Positions 52,187 to 64,000 of a stretch of 64,000 nt of DNA are shown here, one piece after another (position 1 is the first letter of the stretch; each line of letters opens with the position of its first letter). The notes under the pieces are model-generated. The model had not been told where the DNA came from. It was given only the letters and a program-made list of their open reading frames with translations, and made no database searches. This DNA is from Azolla caroliniana (Eukaryota > Plantae > Polypodiophyta), in assembly GCA_043228905.1 (NCBI GenBank), contig JBHGNT010000015.1:1364001-1428000 (forward strand), written 5' to 3'. The position numbers and the translations under genes are program-made.

Positions 52187-55100
52187 CCGCGATGGCCACT
52201 TGCGAGACTCTTGTTCTATCCAAGGTGTGCCTTTCCGGCCTGACACACCTCTCCGTGTTTGCCCTTACCGGTTTCTTCCGAAACATCGTGTCGTCGGGTC
52301 CCGTTCCCTGCCGCCACCGTCCTTCTCCCTCGGTCTCACGTTGCCACGTTGGCCGAACTGCCTGAGCCTCTGGATCGGTGTGAGGGTCCCATAGGACCGA
52401 ACTCCGTTTCTATGCTTGCCGAAATTCGGGTGTCTTTTGTTTGAGTCCCTCTCGGACTCTCCTCGTTTCTTCCGCGTAGCCGGGTCCCGTTTCTCGCCGC
52501 CACCTTCCTTCTCCCTCGGTCTTACGTTGCCACGATGGCAGAACAGTTGGAGTCTCCGGAACCGGTGTGGGGATCCCGTAGGACCGGACTTCGTCACCTC
52601 GCCGCCACCGTCAGTATCTTGGTCTTACGTCGACCGCATTGCCGACTGCCGAAGTCTCTAGATCCGGTGTGAAGGATCCTCCGTAGACCTCCCATCCGTA
52701 GCCCTTGCCTTCGTCACCTCGCCGCCACCGTCAGTATCTTGGTCTTACGTCGATCGCGTTGCCGACTGCCGAAGTCTCTAGAACCGGTGTGAAGGATCCT
52801 CCGTGGCCCGCTGTTTTGGCTTCCCAACCCTGTCCTGGGTCGTCCTTTTCCGCATGCCGAGAGGGCGGTTTACTCCGCACCCTCTCCTGTGGTACCGACG
52901 TACCGTCTCCTCGGCCTCTTCGTAGGCCTGCTCTCTTCCTCCCTCCCGAAATGGTCATCCGGGAGTCTGCTCCGCCCGGTTCTCGTCCGGGTCCGTTCGT
53001 CCTTCTCCGGATTGCCGAGTCCCGTTCTCTTGTCGCCACCGATCTCCCTTATAGGACTCACGCTGGCACTCGGGCCTGCAGCCGGATCGGTGTAAGGAAT
53101 CCCATAGGACCGGCTTTCATTCTCTTTCCAAATCTCGACCTTCACCCGGTCGGTCTTTCTCCCCATGTAAAAGAGGGCGGCTCGTCCCGCACCCCCTTCC
53201 GTATCGGCACCTTCATGCCGAATCCGGCCCCGATCGAACGATCCACGACTGGATCACACTCCACCCGTATCAGAATGTTGATTCCATTGTATCGTGTCCG
53301 TCCTCGGCCTCCTCGCAGGCCGTTTCCCATCCGTCTTCGTTGGCATCGTGCCAGGACTCCTCGTTACCGCCATCCATCTCCTCGGTCTTACATGGGCATA
53401 CGGGCCAAATTGCCGAGTTCTCCGGAATCGGGTCCATGGGCTTTCGTCCGCTCCTTCCCCGTATCGTCTCGCCGGTGATTCTTGGTCTATCGCCGTCGCC
53501 TTCCTCCGCTTGGGACTCACGTGGACACTCGGGCTCGACTATCATCGTCTCGGGAGCAAGTGTGGGAAGACACAAGGAATCACCCGTCCGTTCCTCGCCC
53601 AAATCCTCTGTAAGCCCATTCGCTCCATCATCGTCTTCGAGCTCAATCCCGATGGCTTCCTGTTCCACTCGGTCGATCGACCTGACGAACAAAAGGACTT
53701 TGTCCGCCCCCACCAAACCTTGTTCCCGCTCTAGGAGCCGAGCAAGTCGTCGCTCGAACTCCCGGAACGCCTTCGTCGCACCTCGGTGGGCCTTTGCCGA
53801 TGCTACCCACTGGTCGAAGTCGTGTCGTCCCCGGCTCTTCCGCCATCCTCCGTATGCCTTCAGGAGCGCCTCTTCGAAGGCCTCCCACGAACTATGAGCC
53901 TCACAGAGCTCCTTTATTTTCGCATGCATCCGGACAGCTACGACCCGGCAAAAGAACTCCAGCCTCAACGCCTCGTTTACGCCACGCTCCTCCATTTCCG
54001 CGTTGTAGGCTTCCAAGTAAGATGTGACTTTGTCCCCGTTGAAATGGCCGACTCTTTCGACCACTCGCTCAACCGCTTGTTGCGCTGCTTCTCGCCTCAT
54101 CACCACTCGTGCCGACTCCAACACCACTTCGGCCACCATCTCCGCAAGGTCGTCGTCTTCCGACTCCATCCTCCCTTGCCGCCTTTCACGTCGGGTTCAC
54201 CAAATATGTCACGTTATTACGCGCGTGCATGGACAAAGGCGGGGCCACGGGGGTCTTGGACTAGGGAGTGTTGGAGCGTAGGAAGTCAGGCTTCACCGTT
54301 CCTGGGGCATCTCAGAAGCACACCGGAAGCAACCGAGGGGAGAGAGAGAGCGCGCGCTTAACACCGACTCACGCACACACACACATGCTCACCCGCCTCA
54401 CGCCCTCATGTACAGGAAACGCAGGAAAGGGGAAACACCCGACACGAACATAGACGCGAATATACACAGACAGATGCAAACATATATATATGTATAAACA
54501 AAAGAATACATTCCCGGCTTCGAGCCGGACTAAGGTAGGTTACAATAGTCGTCTGCTGCCAAGCCGCCGTCGGGGAGCTCTCAGCTCGTCGCGCCGAGCG
54601 GGGTCTTGCATAGGAGGCTGAACCAAAGCAAACCCTAAGCGAAACACGAATAAGGAGAAGAAGAAGAACCTAACTCTAAACCTAACGGTATACCCTCTAT
54701 TGCAAAATGGGCAACCCCTCCATAAAGGGCGATCCCTTCCTTTTATAGAACAAGGAGAGGGATGCGTTACAATGTGGGACAAATCCCGACTTTCATGGGA
54801 TCGTCTGTCCCGACTTGACTACTCTTCGGCGCCATAAAGGCGTCCTCGATATTCACACTAAATGTACATGGGTGCATACACACGCTGCACCCCGCCGATG
54901 TAGCCAATGTTTCCCGGTTTTCGCCTCTGGCCGAAATTCTTCACGACACCGCGATGCCAATACGCCTCAAGGGGTACACAGACGCCGATTGGGCCGGCTA
55001 CAAAGCCGATAGAAGATCAACCTCCGGATTTGTTTTCTCCCTCGGCAGTAGAGCAATATCCTGGAGTAGTAAGAAGCAGCCTATCGTCGCTCTTTCGAGT

Positions 55101-56113
55101 ACGAAGGCGGAATACAGGGGCGCAACCGTAGCTGCGTGTGAAGCCGTATGGCTCAATAGGATTTTGAAGGATCTGGGCGTACCCATCAAGGATCTAACTT
55201 CCCTTTATTGCTACAACATGAGTAGTATCTATCTGGCTCGGAACCCGGTGTTCCACGCGTGGACAAAGCACATCGAAGTGCACTATCACTTCATTCGAGA
55301 GCGCGTTCTAGCTGGCGATGTCGACCTACAACACATTAGCACCAATCTTCAAACGACCGACATCTTCACTAAAGCCTTAGGAGCCGACAAGCTATGGCAA
55401 TTCGTGACCGATCTTGGATTGACGATCCCTGACCTGCCAAGCTTGAGGAGGAGTACTGAAGACGCTACGCAATAACGCGTGGATTACGCAACCGCGCAAC
55501 GAAGCCGCGAAGAGCCGATCTACCGCACAAAGCCGCGAAGAAAGACGCAAGCTGAAGCACAGACTTCGCAACTACGCACAACGCAAGCTGGAGCACGGAA
55601 TCCGCAACTCCGCATAAATGCGAATCAACGCGAGTCGACGCGGACTCCGGAACGTGAGTCGAAGCGTATTTTGAATACCATCTGAAACCTACCCGACTTG
55701 AGCTTGAGGGGGCGTGTTGAGAATCAAGCTCAACTTGGTCTAGTGTGTGAACTCACCTTGAGAGTGAATAGACACTCCAACGGTCAAGAGTCACCACTAT
55801 GTCACCACTTTGTATTCTAGCATTTAGTATGAGTCATAAAATTATATTCTATGACACATAACTTATGAGCTTTCACATTCCCCATGCTCCATGAGTCTTG
55901 TAGTTAATGAAGAGAGAGGGTGACTATATAAAGCACCCTCCTCCCACTTTGTATAATGTTGTGTCTTTCTCCTTTGTTAATATAATCCACCTTGTGTATT
56001 CTCTATGTCTTATTCCTTGTCTCTCTGACTCTCTCTCTCTCATACACACACATAACTCATATCTCTTCTGCTTCACAAGAATCCATATCCGATTCTTGAC
56101 ATGTATATATTGT

Positions 56114-56114
<1 letters not shown>

Positions 56115-56212
<98 letters not shown>
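56115..56212. repeat. (CT)n(CA)n microsatellite within the C0 LTR
   Basis: Long CT run followed by a CA run. Confidence 0.95.
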
Positions 56213-56687
56213 TATCTCTTCCGCCGCACAAAATCATATTCAATTCTTTACATGGTATCAAAGTGCTTGGTAGCTTGATCCAAGACCATCGCCTTCACGT
56301 GTGTTGTGTCTAAGACTACGTTCACGAAGAACCGGCCGATAACTGTAGTAGTAACATGCAAGTTTACATCATAGAGAAGAAGAAGATTCAATGTGAATAC
56401 TCAGATGGGAAACACTCTTCCCATCGAGAAACTCAATAGAAACAATTTCGCATCTTGGGAATACAAGATGCACCAATACCTTGCCGGTCAAGGCTATTGG
56501 CGTTACGTCGAAGGAGCACAAGAAACACAATCCAACCCAACACATGACAACTACCCAGCTTGGGACCAAGCGGTGAGTCATGTGTTGTACTGCCTTGCAT
56601 CATGCGTCCATGATCACATGCTTGGTTACAATCGAGAGGCCAAAACGCTTAAGGAGGCATGGGGGGATCTCAAAAGATTTTCGTAGC

Positions 56688-57288
56688 TAGCAATGGGCCC
56701 GGTTTTGGCTCAACCCGAACCGAACCGTTAAACCGTGGCTTAACGGTTTATTGGTTTAAAGATAAATAAACCGTTTGGTTTGGTTTCAAATGTTATGATC
56801 CGGTTTGGTTTCGGTTCGGTTCGGTTTTGAATTTCATGGTTTATCGGTTTCGGTTTATGTGGTTTAGTTTTAAGGTTTATATGTTAAAAAATATTCTTAA
56901 ATTTTCATCTCTAGGCTCTAACTTTTAACTTTTAATTTTAAACCTCTAGGCTCTAACTTCTTAAATTTTATATTCATTATAAGTATAGTCTCTTTTTGAT
57001 GTATTATTATCAAATTTATGATAAGTATGATGACCAAATTTATAATATGTATGATGACCAAATTTATGATAGGTATGATGACCAAATTTATAAGAAGTGT
57101 GATAACCAAATTTATGATAATCATTTTCTCACACAAATTCATAATATGTATGATAATCAATATCTCTAAAAAATGGTTTGGTTTGGTTTGGTTCTAAATT
57201 TTCCATAAGTAGTTTGGTTTGATTTTTATTATAAATAAATGGTTTGGTTTGGTTTCAAGGCCAAGAAACCAAATCGGGCCCATTGTTA
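56688..57288 (+). mobile_element. hAT MITE D (601 bp) inserted in Copia C0 gag
   Basis: TIRs tagcaatgggc / gcccattgtta; 8-bp TSD ttcgtagc / ttcgcagc. Removing it restores the KIFxANT gag motif. Confidence 0.92.
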
Positions 57289-58805
57289 TTCGCAGCCAAC
57301 ACGGTCGCATGCAAGCTTTAGCTCCATCAGGAGTTGAGCAATATTCAGCAAAGGGATATGTTGATCACTAGTTATACCTTTGAAGATCATGGAGTTGTGC
57401 GACGCCCTTGGAAAAATCAATGGCCTCATCGACGATGATGAAATGGTGCAAATATGCCTCGACGACTTAGCACCACGATTCGGCATGATCAGATCGGCCA
57501 TCCTTGCAAGGGAGAATCCTCTCTCATTTTTCAACCCTCAGTCGATATTGTTCGTTGAGGAAAATCATGTCCAATCAAGGAGCAATGCACCAGATGGCCA
57601 GATGCTCTACTCCCAGTCGGATGAGGGAAGAGGATTTGGCCAAGGAAACAGAGGTCGATTCGGACGAGGTCGACATAACCCGAGAATACAACTCTCATCA
57701 TTGGCAGAAGGCCAATAACACAAAAAGGGAGTTCGGTAGAAGGGGGAGCCATCCTGCCGGACCAAGTCACCAAAACAGCCCAATCGAATGTGGGTATTGT
57801 GGAAAACTCGGCCACTTTGAAGAAGAGTGTTGAAAGAAGAAATGAGAGTCGGCTTCGACCAACCGACAACTCACAAACTATGCCACGAATTCCAATTATG
57901 ACGATCATGGCGGAATGTTTGTAATTAGGCATAAAGCACACTCGATATCAGCACAAGGTCCGACTAGCACCTCTTCTTCAGACAATGTATGGTTTGTAGA
58001 CTCTAGAGCGTCCAATCACATGACATCTCACAAAGATTGCTTCCGAGAGTTGGGAAAGCCCGATCAACTGGAGATGACACAAATCACCCAATTCGGCATA
58101 TCGAAAATGTCCCATTCGGGAACAAAGGCAAACAATCCTACCTCAAGAACATCTTATATGTCCCAACCATCATGAAACATTTGGTCTCGGTTGCCTAGAT
58201 AGTAGAACAAGGCATGTAAGTACGGTCCAACAATGAAGGGTGCTTCATTGAAAAAGACGATCGACGAGAAAACCGAATGTTCATCCTCGAGTCAAACGAG
58301 GTAAAGTTGGCCATGTTTACAAAAGGCCTCAAAGTCGACACCGATTTGAAATTGTGGCATAAGAGAATCAACCACATCAATCTCCAAAAGCTCCAAAACA
58401 TGCAATCGAAAGGAGTCATCATCATACTCCCGAATTTTGCAGAAAGCGAAAGCACTGACATATGTGGGTTGTGCCAATTTAGCAAACAACATCGACATCC
58501 ATTACCGACAGAGAGGAATGTGAGCAAAGGAGTCTTGGACGTAATCCACTCCAATGTATGGGGATCGTCACAGGCAGCCACATTTGGTAGATGCCGAGAT
58601 TATGTCATGTTCATCAACGACTTCTCCAGACACACCTAGATCTACCCTATGCGACAGAAGAGAGAAGTGTTCGAACACTTCCAATTTAAAATTTAAGAAC
58701 GAAGTCGAAAAAACCACATGTCAGCATGTTCGATGCCTTCGATCGGACGGAGGCAAGGAGTATTTCTCAGATTAATTCACAACTTATCTCCGAAAGGAAG
58801 GAATT

Positions 58806-60522
58806 TGTTGAGAGACAAGCTCAACATGAGACAAATCGACTGAAGAAGTCGAGATCCGAATCAGTTGAAGACTGATCGAACATGCCCCAATCGACTGAAG
58901 AAGCTGAGAGCTAAATCAAATAAAGTTCGATTTGAGCATGACGAGTCGGATGGAATCCAATAGGCCGTTAGGGACCTATATTTCTATTATAGTAAATAGG
59001 AATATTATAGGCTATTACTGTCATGCTCATTTATGAGCATTCAAGTACTTGTCAGTACTTGAGTCAGCCCACTCATCAGGGCTTGTCTATAAAGTGCACT
59101 CTGAGCACTGTTGTATGTACTAAGTCTTTTAGTAATCGAAATATTGTTGTCTGCTTCACTTGGTCTCTCTCTCTCTCTCTCTCATACTTTCTATGTTTGC
59201 CTAACTGTTGAGTTTATGAATAACCGATTGTGTACTCGGTGTCTTTCGCACACGTTTCCGCACACAAATATTTTTACATGGTATCAGAACACGAGGGTTG
59301 AAAATCCCCTGCAGCCAACAGAAAAGCAAGCGATCAAGACAAAGACAAGGGTTCTCGTTTTCGGAAAAAGAAAAGACAGGAACATGGACAAAGGAATGGG
59401 AAGCTTGATTGGAGCAACTACGCATATTGGTCATACAAGATGCACCAGTACCTGCTCGGGCATGGTTATTGGAGCTATGTCGAGGGAACCAATGTTGCAA
59501 CACCAGAGTCGACACAGAGAGATTTCCCGGCCTAGGAACATGCAACAAGCAGAGTCTTGTACTGCTTCGCATCCTGTGTGAGCGACCAACTACTAAGCTA
59601 TATCTAGGATGCCAAGATACCGACGGATACTTGGGGAAATCTGAACAAGATTTTTGCTGCGAGCACCACACCTAGAAAGCTTCAACTCAGATAGGAGTTG
59701 AGCAATGTCCGATAGACAGAGATGTCAGTGGATGACTACACCTTCAAGATCAAGGGGATCAGCGACTCCCTCACCTCTGTCAACGTGACTGTCGAGGAGG
59801 AAAAAATGATGCAGGTTTGCCTCGGAGAGTTGGCGTTGAAGTTCGGAGCATTTCGAACGGTGGTTTGCACGAGGGAGAATATACCTTCGTTTTTCAAGCT
59901 ACAATATATGTTGCTCGTAGAAGAAAACCACTCGAGTGCGTCGACGAGTACACACACCAACAACAAGATGTTGTATACGGAGGCGGATTGGCCCCATGGT
60001 TGTGGTGGACAAGGTGGGTCGGCGCGCAATGGATGCGTCCGACAGGAGCAGAACTCGAGGCATAATCGGAATGTCGACAATAGTTCTGGACCCTCCACGA
60101 TTAGGGGGAGTCAAGGCGAAGGAGGTCGGAAGGGCCACAAAGAGAGTGAGTACTGGAAAGAGCGAGCCGATTCAGACAGAGCCGGATTGAGGTGAGGAAA
60201 CGCGGATAGGTGTCAAATATCGCACTATGCCGAAGGCTCAGGGCGAGCCAAGATAGGCCCAACCTTCATAATGAGGCACAAGGCCAACTCGATGGCGGTG
60301 AGCACCTTAAGGTCAAACAAGATGTGGTATGTGGATTCGGGTGCATTGAACCACATGATGAATCACAAGGAGTGGTTCTTGACTCTAGAGAAGCCGGAGC
60401 AGCCAACCGGGGGTCGTCAAAACTGGCGATGACACCCCTCACCCCATCAAACATATCGGGGATTTCCCTCTAAGACATGTCAGCCAAAAGGGAATCATGA
60501 GAAATGTCTTGCATGTGCCAAC
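58806..60522 (+). mobile_element. Truncated Copia C2: LTR 58806-59278, PBS, decayed gag-protease
   Basis: TGTTGAG...TTACA LTR, tggtatcagaac PBS, gag LLVEENH, protease WYVDSGALNHM. Ends at NVLHVPT. Confidence 0.85.
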
Positions 60523-61503
60523 AAGGTATTTTGGGAACATAAGATTCCTTCAGTTTTGAGGGTAGAGTTCAGAGGGGTGGTGTCTCACATAATGCTATTA
60601 GATCAATTATTTTGGTTAAATAGAGTAACAACATGAGATCAACTTGGATAGAAAGTCTCTATTGAAGGATTAAGGTAGGGTTTAATAACCGTAAAGAAAC
60701 AAAAGCAATAAAGCACTATGAAGTAAGAAAGTGAAGAGGTGAAATCAGTTCTTTTAAACTTAGTAAGCCTACCAACCCCTAACCCAAAACGATAGTTTTG
60801 AAGTTTTGAATCAACTTGAAGATGTGTTAAATGAGTACAATAGTTTTTGTACTCTCTTAGATAACAGAGCCAACTCTCATTTCATGGATCAAGAATCTGC
60901 TTTAACAGAGAAAATCTTTTGGAAAAAGTTCCCAAATCTAGCATTTGTAGAACTTAGCTCCACTTGGCTCTCCGGCAAAAGCAAAGAGTTCTTCATGACC
61001 ATAGACCACATGTAAGATATCTACCTTCCCCCCATCAACATCCAACACCTCCGGCCACACCTGCACTTGCCATGACCGACCAATCCCCACCAACCACCCG
61101 ACCCACCATACTCCATACTCCTCGCCTCCCACCCCCTTCTATTCCATGTACCACCCTCAACCACAAACCACACCTAGCGTGGTGCACCGAGGAGTGTGCA
61201 TTCATTTGGTTGGGGGATGTTAAGAATTCGACACTAGTGATGAAGACCACGACACCAATGAAGGAGAATGTGGGAAAAATTTAACACATTAAGGTTTTTC
61301 TTCATTCTCGGGAATTCTCTTCCTATTAGCACATTAAGCCCTCTTCTATCTCCCTGACTCTTATTAGAGCTAACGAAGATTAGGGTTAAGTACTAATAGA
61401 GCCAATCCCTAATCTTCTTCTCTTGTATGGTGCTAAACCTCTTTGTATCAAGAAGAGTGGTAATTGATACAATACTTTAAAGTTTGTGTTTACCTTGTCT
61501 ATC

Positions 61504-61545
<42 letters not shown>

Positions 61546-63372
61546 ACTGTTAATCCTAAGTTAAGTTGGTCAGTAGCTTGTGGGTACTTGAGAACCACTC
61601 ACGCCTAGTTCATCACCAAGACGGAATATGACGGTCTGAACACAAGGCCAATGACATCAACTAGAGGGTAAAAACTCTATAGATCTATAGATACGTTGCA
61701 TGAAGATACGCGGAAGCGACATAATGCCTTTTGTAGCTCTCATTCATTCTTAGCATTTCTCCTTTCTATTAGTGCATTAAGAGCTCCTCCTCTACCTCCT
61801 TAATCTTTCATTTGAGTTAAGAGAGATTAAGTTTAAGAGCTAAGTAAGCCAAACCATAATCTCCTCCTCTTGTATGGTGCTAAACTTCTATATAAGGGAG
61901 AGAAACCACAATATCTCTCTCTAGGAACTAAATATATAGATGAAGATATAGGAGAAGAAAGAAATGCACTAGGAGAGGGAAAAGTTTGAACACCCCCAAA
62001 ACCACAAAAAGAGACTGCCCTCAAACCCCAATCATAGGCACCATGTCATATCCAACCGTGTGATGAGTATGATACCAATGCAATCCAACTACCTAATGGT
62101 TGTACCCATGACATCATCATAGAAAGCAGCAATGAAGGAAGCAAGCACAGACACTTGTCTACCTAACAACTTACTCTACAAGCAAAAATGATTGAGCGCA
62201 CCATCTATTGCCAATATTGGCAATCACGTCGTTTTAGAACATTTTCTTTTCTTTTTGGGGTGGTGTTTGTCCATACATTGCAAGTTGTCAATTGGGCATA
62301 CCAAGTGTTAGTTAGCCAACATGTTAGGTTTAATTATTGGAACGGAAAGAAAGAGACGGTTTTGGGTACTAATAAAAGCAATTTCTGATGGACATTAAGT
62401 CCTACTATTAGAATATGGTTAGTGGTTAAGCTCACTTAAGAGCCACATACAAATTTCATGGAGACATGATCCCTCCTCCGTTACCCTTCACTTTTAACAC
62501 CATTTTGTAAATTGATTGGGGACTAGTGTAAGGAGATCTAACTAGAAGACATATTCAAGTGTGATCTTTTGAATCTCAATTTGTTTTGCACTTCTAGTTT
62601 TATTTCAATGTCACCTTTATTATTGAAGATGATCATATTGGTATAAGATGAAAAAACATCATGTTATTGATGGAGCACTTTGACATGAAGATGTTCATAT
62701 TAGTATAAGATGAAAAAAACTCACAATCATGATATGCAACAAACACAGTTTTCTTGCAAAGCCAAGTCATTGAAGGATATATTGTGTACCAGCCACAATT
62801 TAGGTTCAGACAAGGAAACTATCAATTGGGAGTATTAATTATCTTTCAAGGATAGTGCATTTGTCTTTATTAGAACCCATGCCACATATAACTCAAAGAT
62901 GCTTAACCTTTTCCTAGATCTTCATATTAAAGCGTGTGAATAAGTTTTAGATATGAATCAACCCATACCATATGCTAAATTATCAAGCACAATCAATTGC
63001 ATATAAACTATGACATATGTAGAGCATATCTATATTTTGCACCATCATTAAACAACTTGAATAAAATAGTTTCGACATTATTTACAGTCCATGATGGTCC
63101 ATCAATAATTGGTTTAATAGAGCCATCGAGCGCACAGCGCAAGAGAGCATCTCAGCGAGTATTTTACCATGCATCCGTGGAATACAAAGTTGACCCTACC
63201 AGAGCCCCAACTCTGGAAGCTTTACAGTATTTTTTTCTCCAAAAAACCACACTCTTAAACAATATGATCAAAATGTATAATCCATGTGTGCTACCTCACA
63301 TATTTGTGTTTCTAACCGAGATTTGCATGGTTTTGTTCAGTGTTTCCATAGCAAGCATTATTTCCCATTTAG

Positions 63373-63901
63373 TTACATTCCATGAAACCCCGAAAAGGCC
63401 CAAGGATAAGGTCCTTCTACAGGTTGTTCACTATACCCCGTCGATGAAGTGGGCCTAGGCCTTGGAAACAAACCCACATTAGCAAACTGTCCTTCGGTTT
63501 GGTAAGCATTTGTTGATGGGTTAGGAACAACCACTCTTTGATTATGGTGGCTGTTTACATGTGGAATCCATGCCCACCATTGACTAGAAGAAGGTTGAGA
63601 TGCATAGATTCTAGCTGCTGTCCATGGATCAACTTGATTCTCAACTGTCACCCCCCATGTCACTCCATCAGGTCCACCTGCTGTTTGGCCAGAACCAACA
63701 ATATTGCTTGCTTCTGATGAAGACCAACTGCCACCATCTGTAGAAGGAACTTGCATACTTCTATGAGAACCTACATTCATTTCATTTTGTCCTGTCCACG
63801 CACTTCCCATGTATCCATTTTGGACTGCATTCATTGGATGAGGATTATGTAAATGTACAGGCACCTGGCCAAACACATGTCCACCATTACTCTGACTTGC
63901 C
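63373..63901 (-). CDS. Probable terminal exon of a gene continuing beyond the window; function unknown
   Basis: ~176 open codons with host-like composition. Polypyrimidine tract plus acceptor (ttttttcttttgacttataacAG) ends at 63902. Confidence 0.5.
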
Positions 63902-64000
63902 CTGTTATAAGTCAAAAGAAAAAACAATGTCATTCAACTTTCATGTTCACACTTTTCCTTTCAAACTCTGTAGGAAGCAATGCATGTATATTTTACTTCG

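Larger units (their letters stand above)
43554..54948 (-). mobile_element. Non-autonomous gag-only Gypsy element E2; LTRs 43554-44295 and 54207-54948; TSD CCGT/CCGC
   Basis: Two 742-bp LTRs, tRNA-Trp PBS (tcacgtcgggttcacca on +, 54186-54202), PPT next to 44295, gag-like ORF 54169-53270, no pol of its own. Confidence 0.92.
39788..55475 (+). pseudogene. Copia gag-PR-INT-RT-RH polyprotein (39788-43553 and 54953-55475), split by a Gypsy insertion
   Basis: WFVDSSASNHMT, LWHKRIGH...[59 protein letters not shown]. In-frame stops and frameshifts. Confidence 0.93.
39225..56101 (+). mobile_element. Ty1/Copia element C1; LTRs 39225-39615 and 55715-56101; TSD TGTAT
   Basis: TGTTG...GACA LTRs, PBS tggtatcagagc (tRNA-iMet) at 39616, PPT gagggggcg at 55706, TGTAT on both sides. 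Confidence 0.95.
38991..58805 (+). mobile_element. Older Ty1/Copia element C0; LTR split into 38991-39224 and 56107-56252, gag-integrase remnants 56404-58805
   Basis: LTR related to C1, PBS tggtatcaaag at 56253, gag NNFASWEYKMHQYL, zinc knuckle CGYCGKLGHFEEEC, integrase VRCLRSDGGKEY. Many stops. Confidence 0.82.

Noticed and set aside
31154-54782. Dozens of Arg/Pro/Gly-rich ORFs in E1, E2 and E3
   Set aside because: Alternative frames of GC-rich retroelement DNA with no recognisable domains.
60806-61960. Gypsy protease remnant (LLDNRANSHFMD) and paired LTR-like segments
   Set aside because: Too degenerate to define boundaries, PBS or TSD.

Overview
Nuclear DNA of a land plant, probably a fern or other non-seed plant (inferred from apparently unedited plastid codons). 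The left third holds a decayed hAT element (30-2103) and three host genes: a 2-exon ASR3/SH4-type trihelix factor, a 6-exon organellar-type alkaline/neutral invertase, and an intronless, very GC-rich ALDH3 aldehyde dehydrogenase with large insertions. The ALDH 5' end and upstream region are duplicated in direct orientation (19494-22500 and 27365-30900). Between the copies lies a composite hAT element containing a 3.1-kb mosaic of short, shuffled plastid fragments (rpoC2 x2, rpoB x2, ndhH, ycf1, ndhK, plus unassigned pieces). This insert maps almost to the base against an empty sister element at 36043-38990. The right half is a nested retrotransposon stack (Copia > Copia > gag-only Gypsy > gag-pol Gypsy primed by tRNA-Trp) with a hAT MITE and a third Copia. 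All five readable Gypsy-type insertion sites have a CG at the centre of the 4-bp target. All calls are by eye; no database searches were run.
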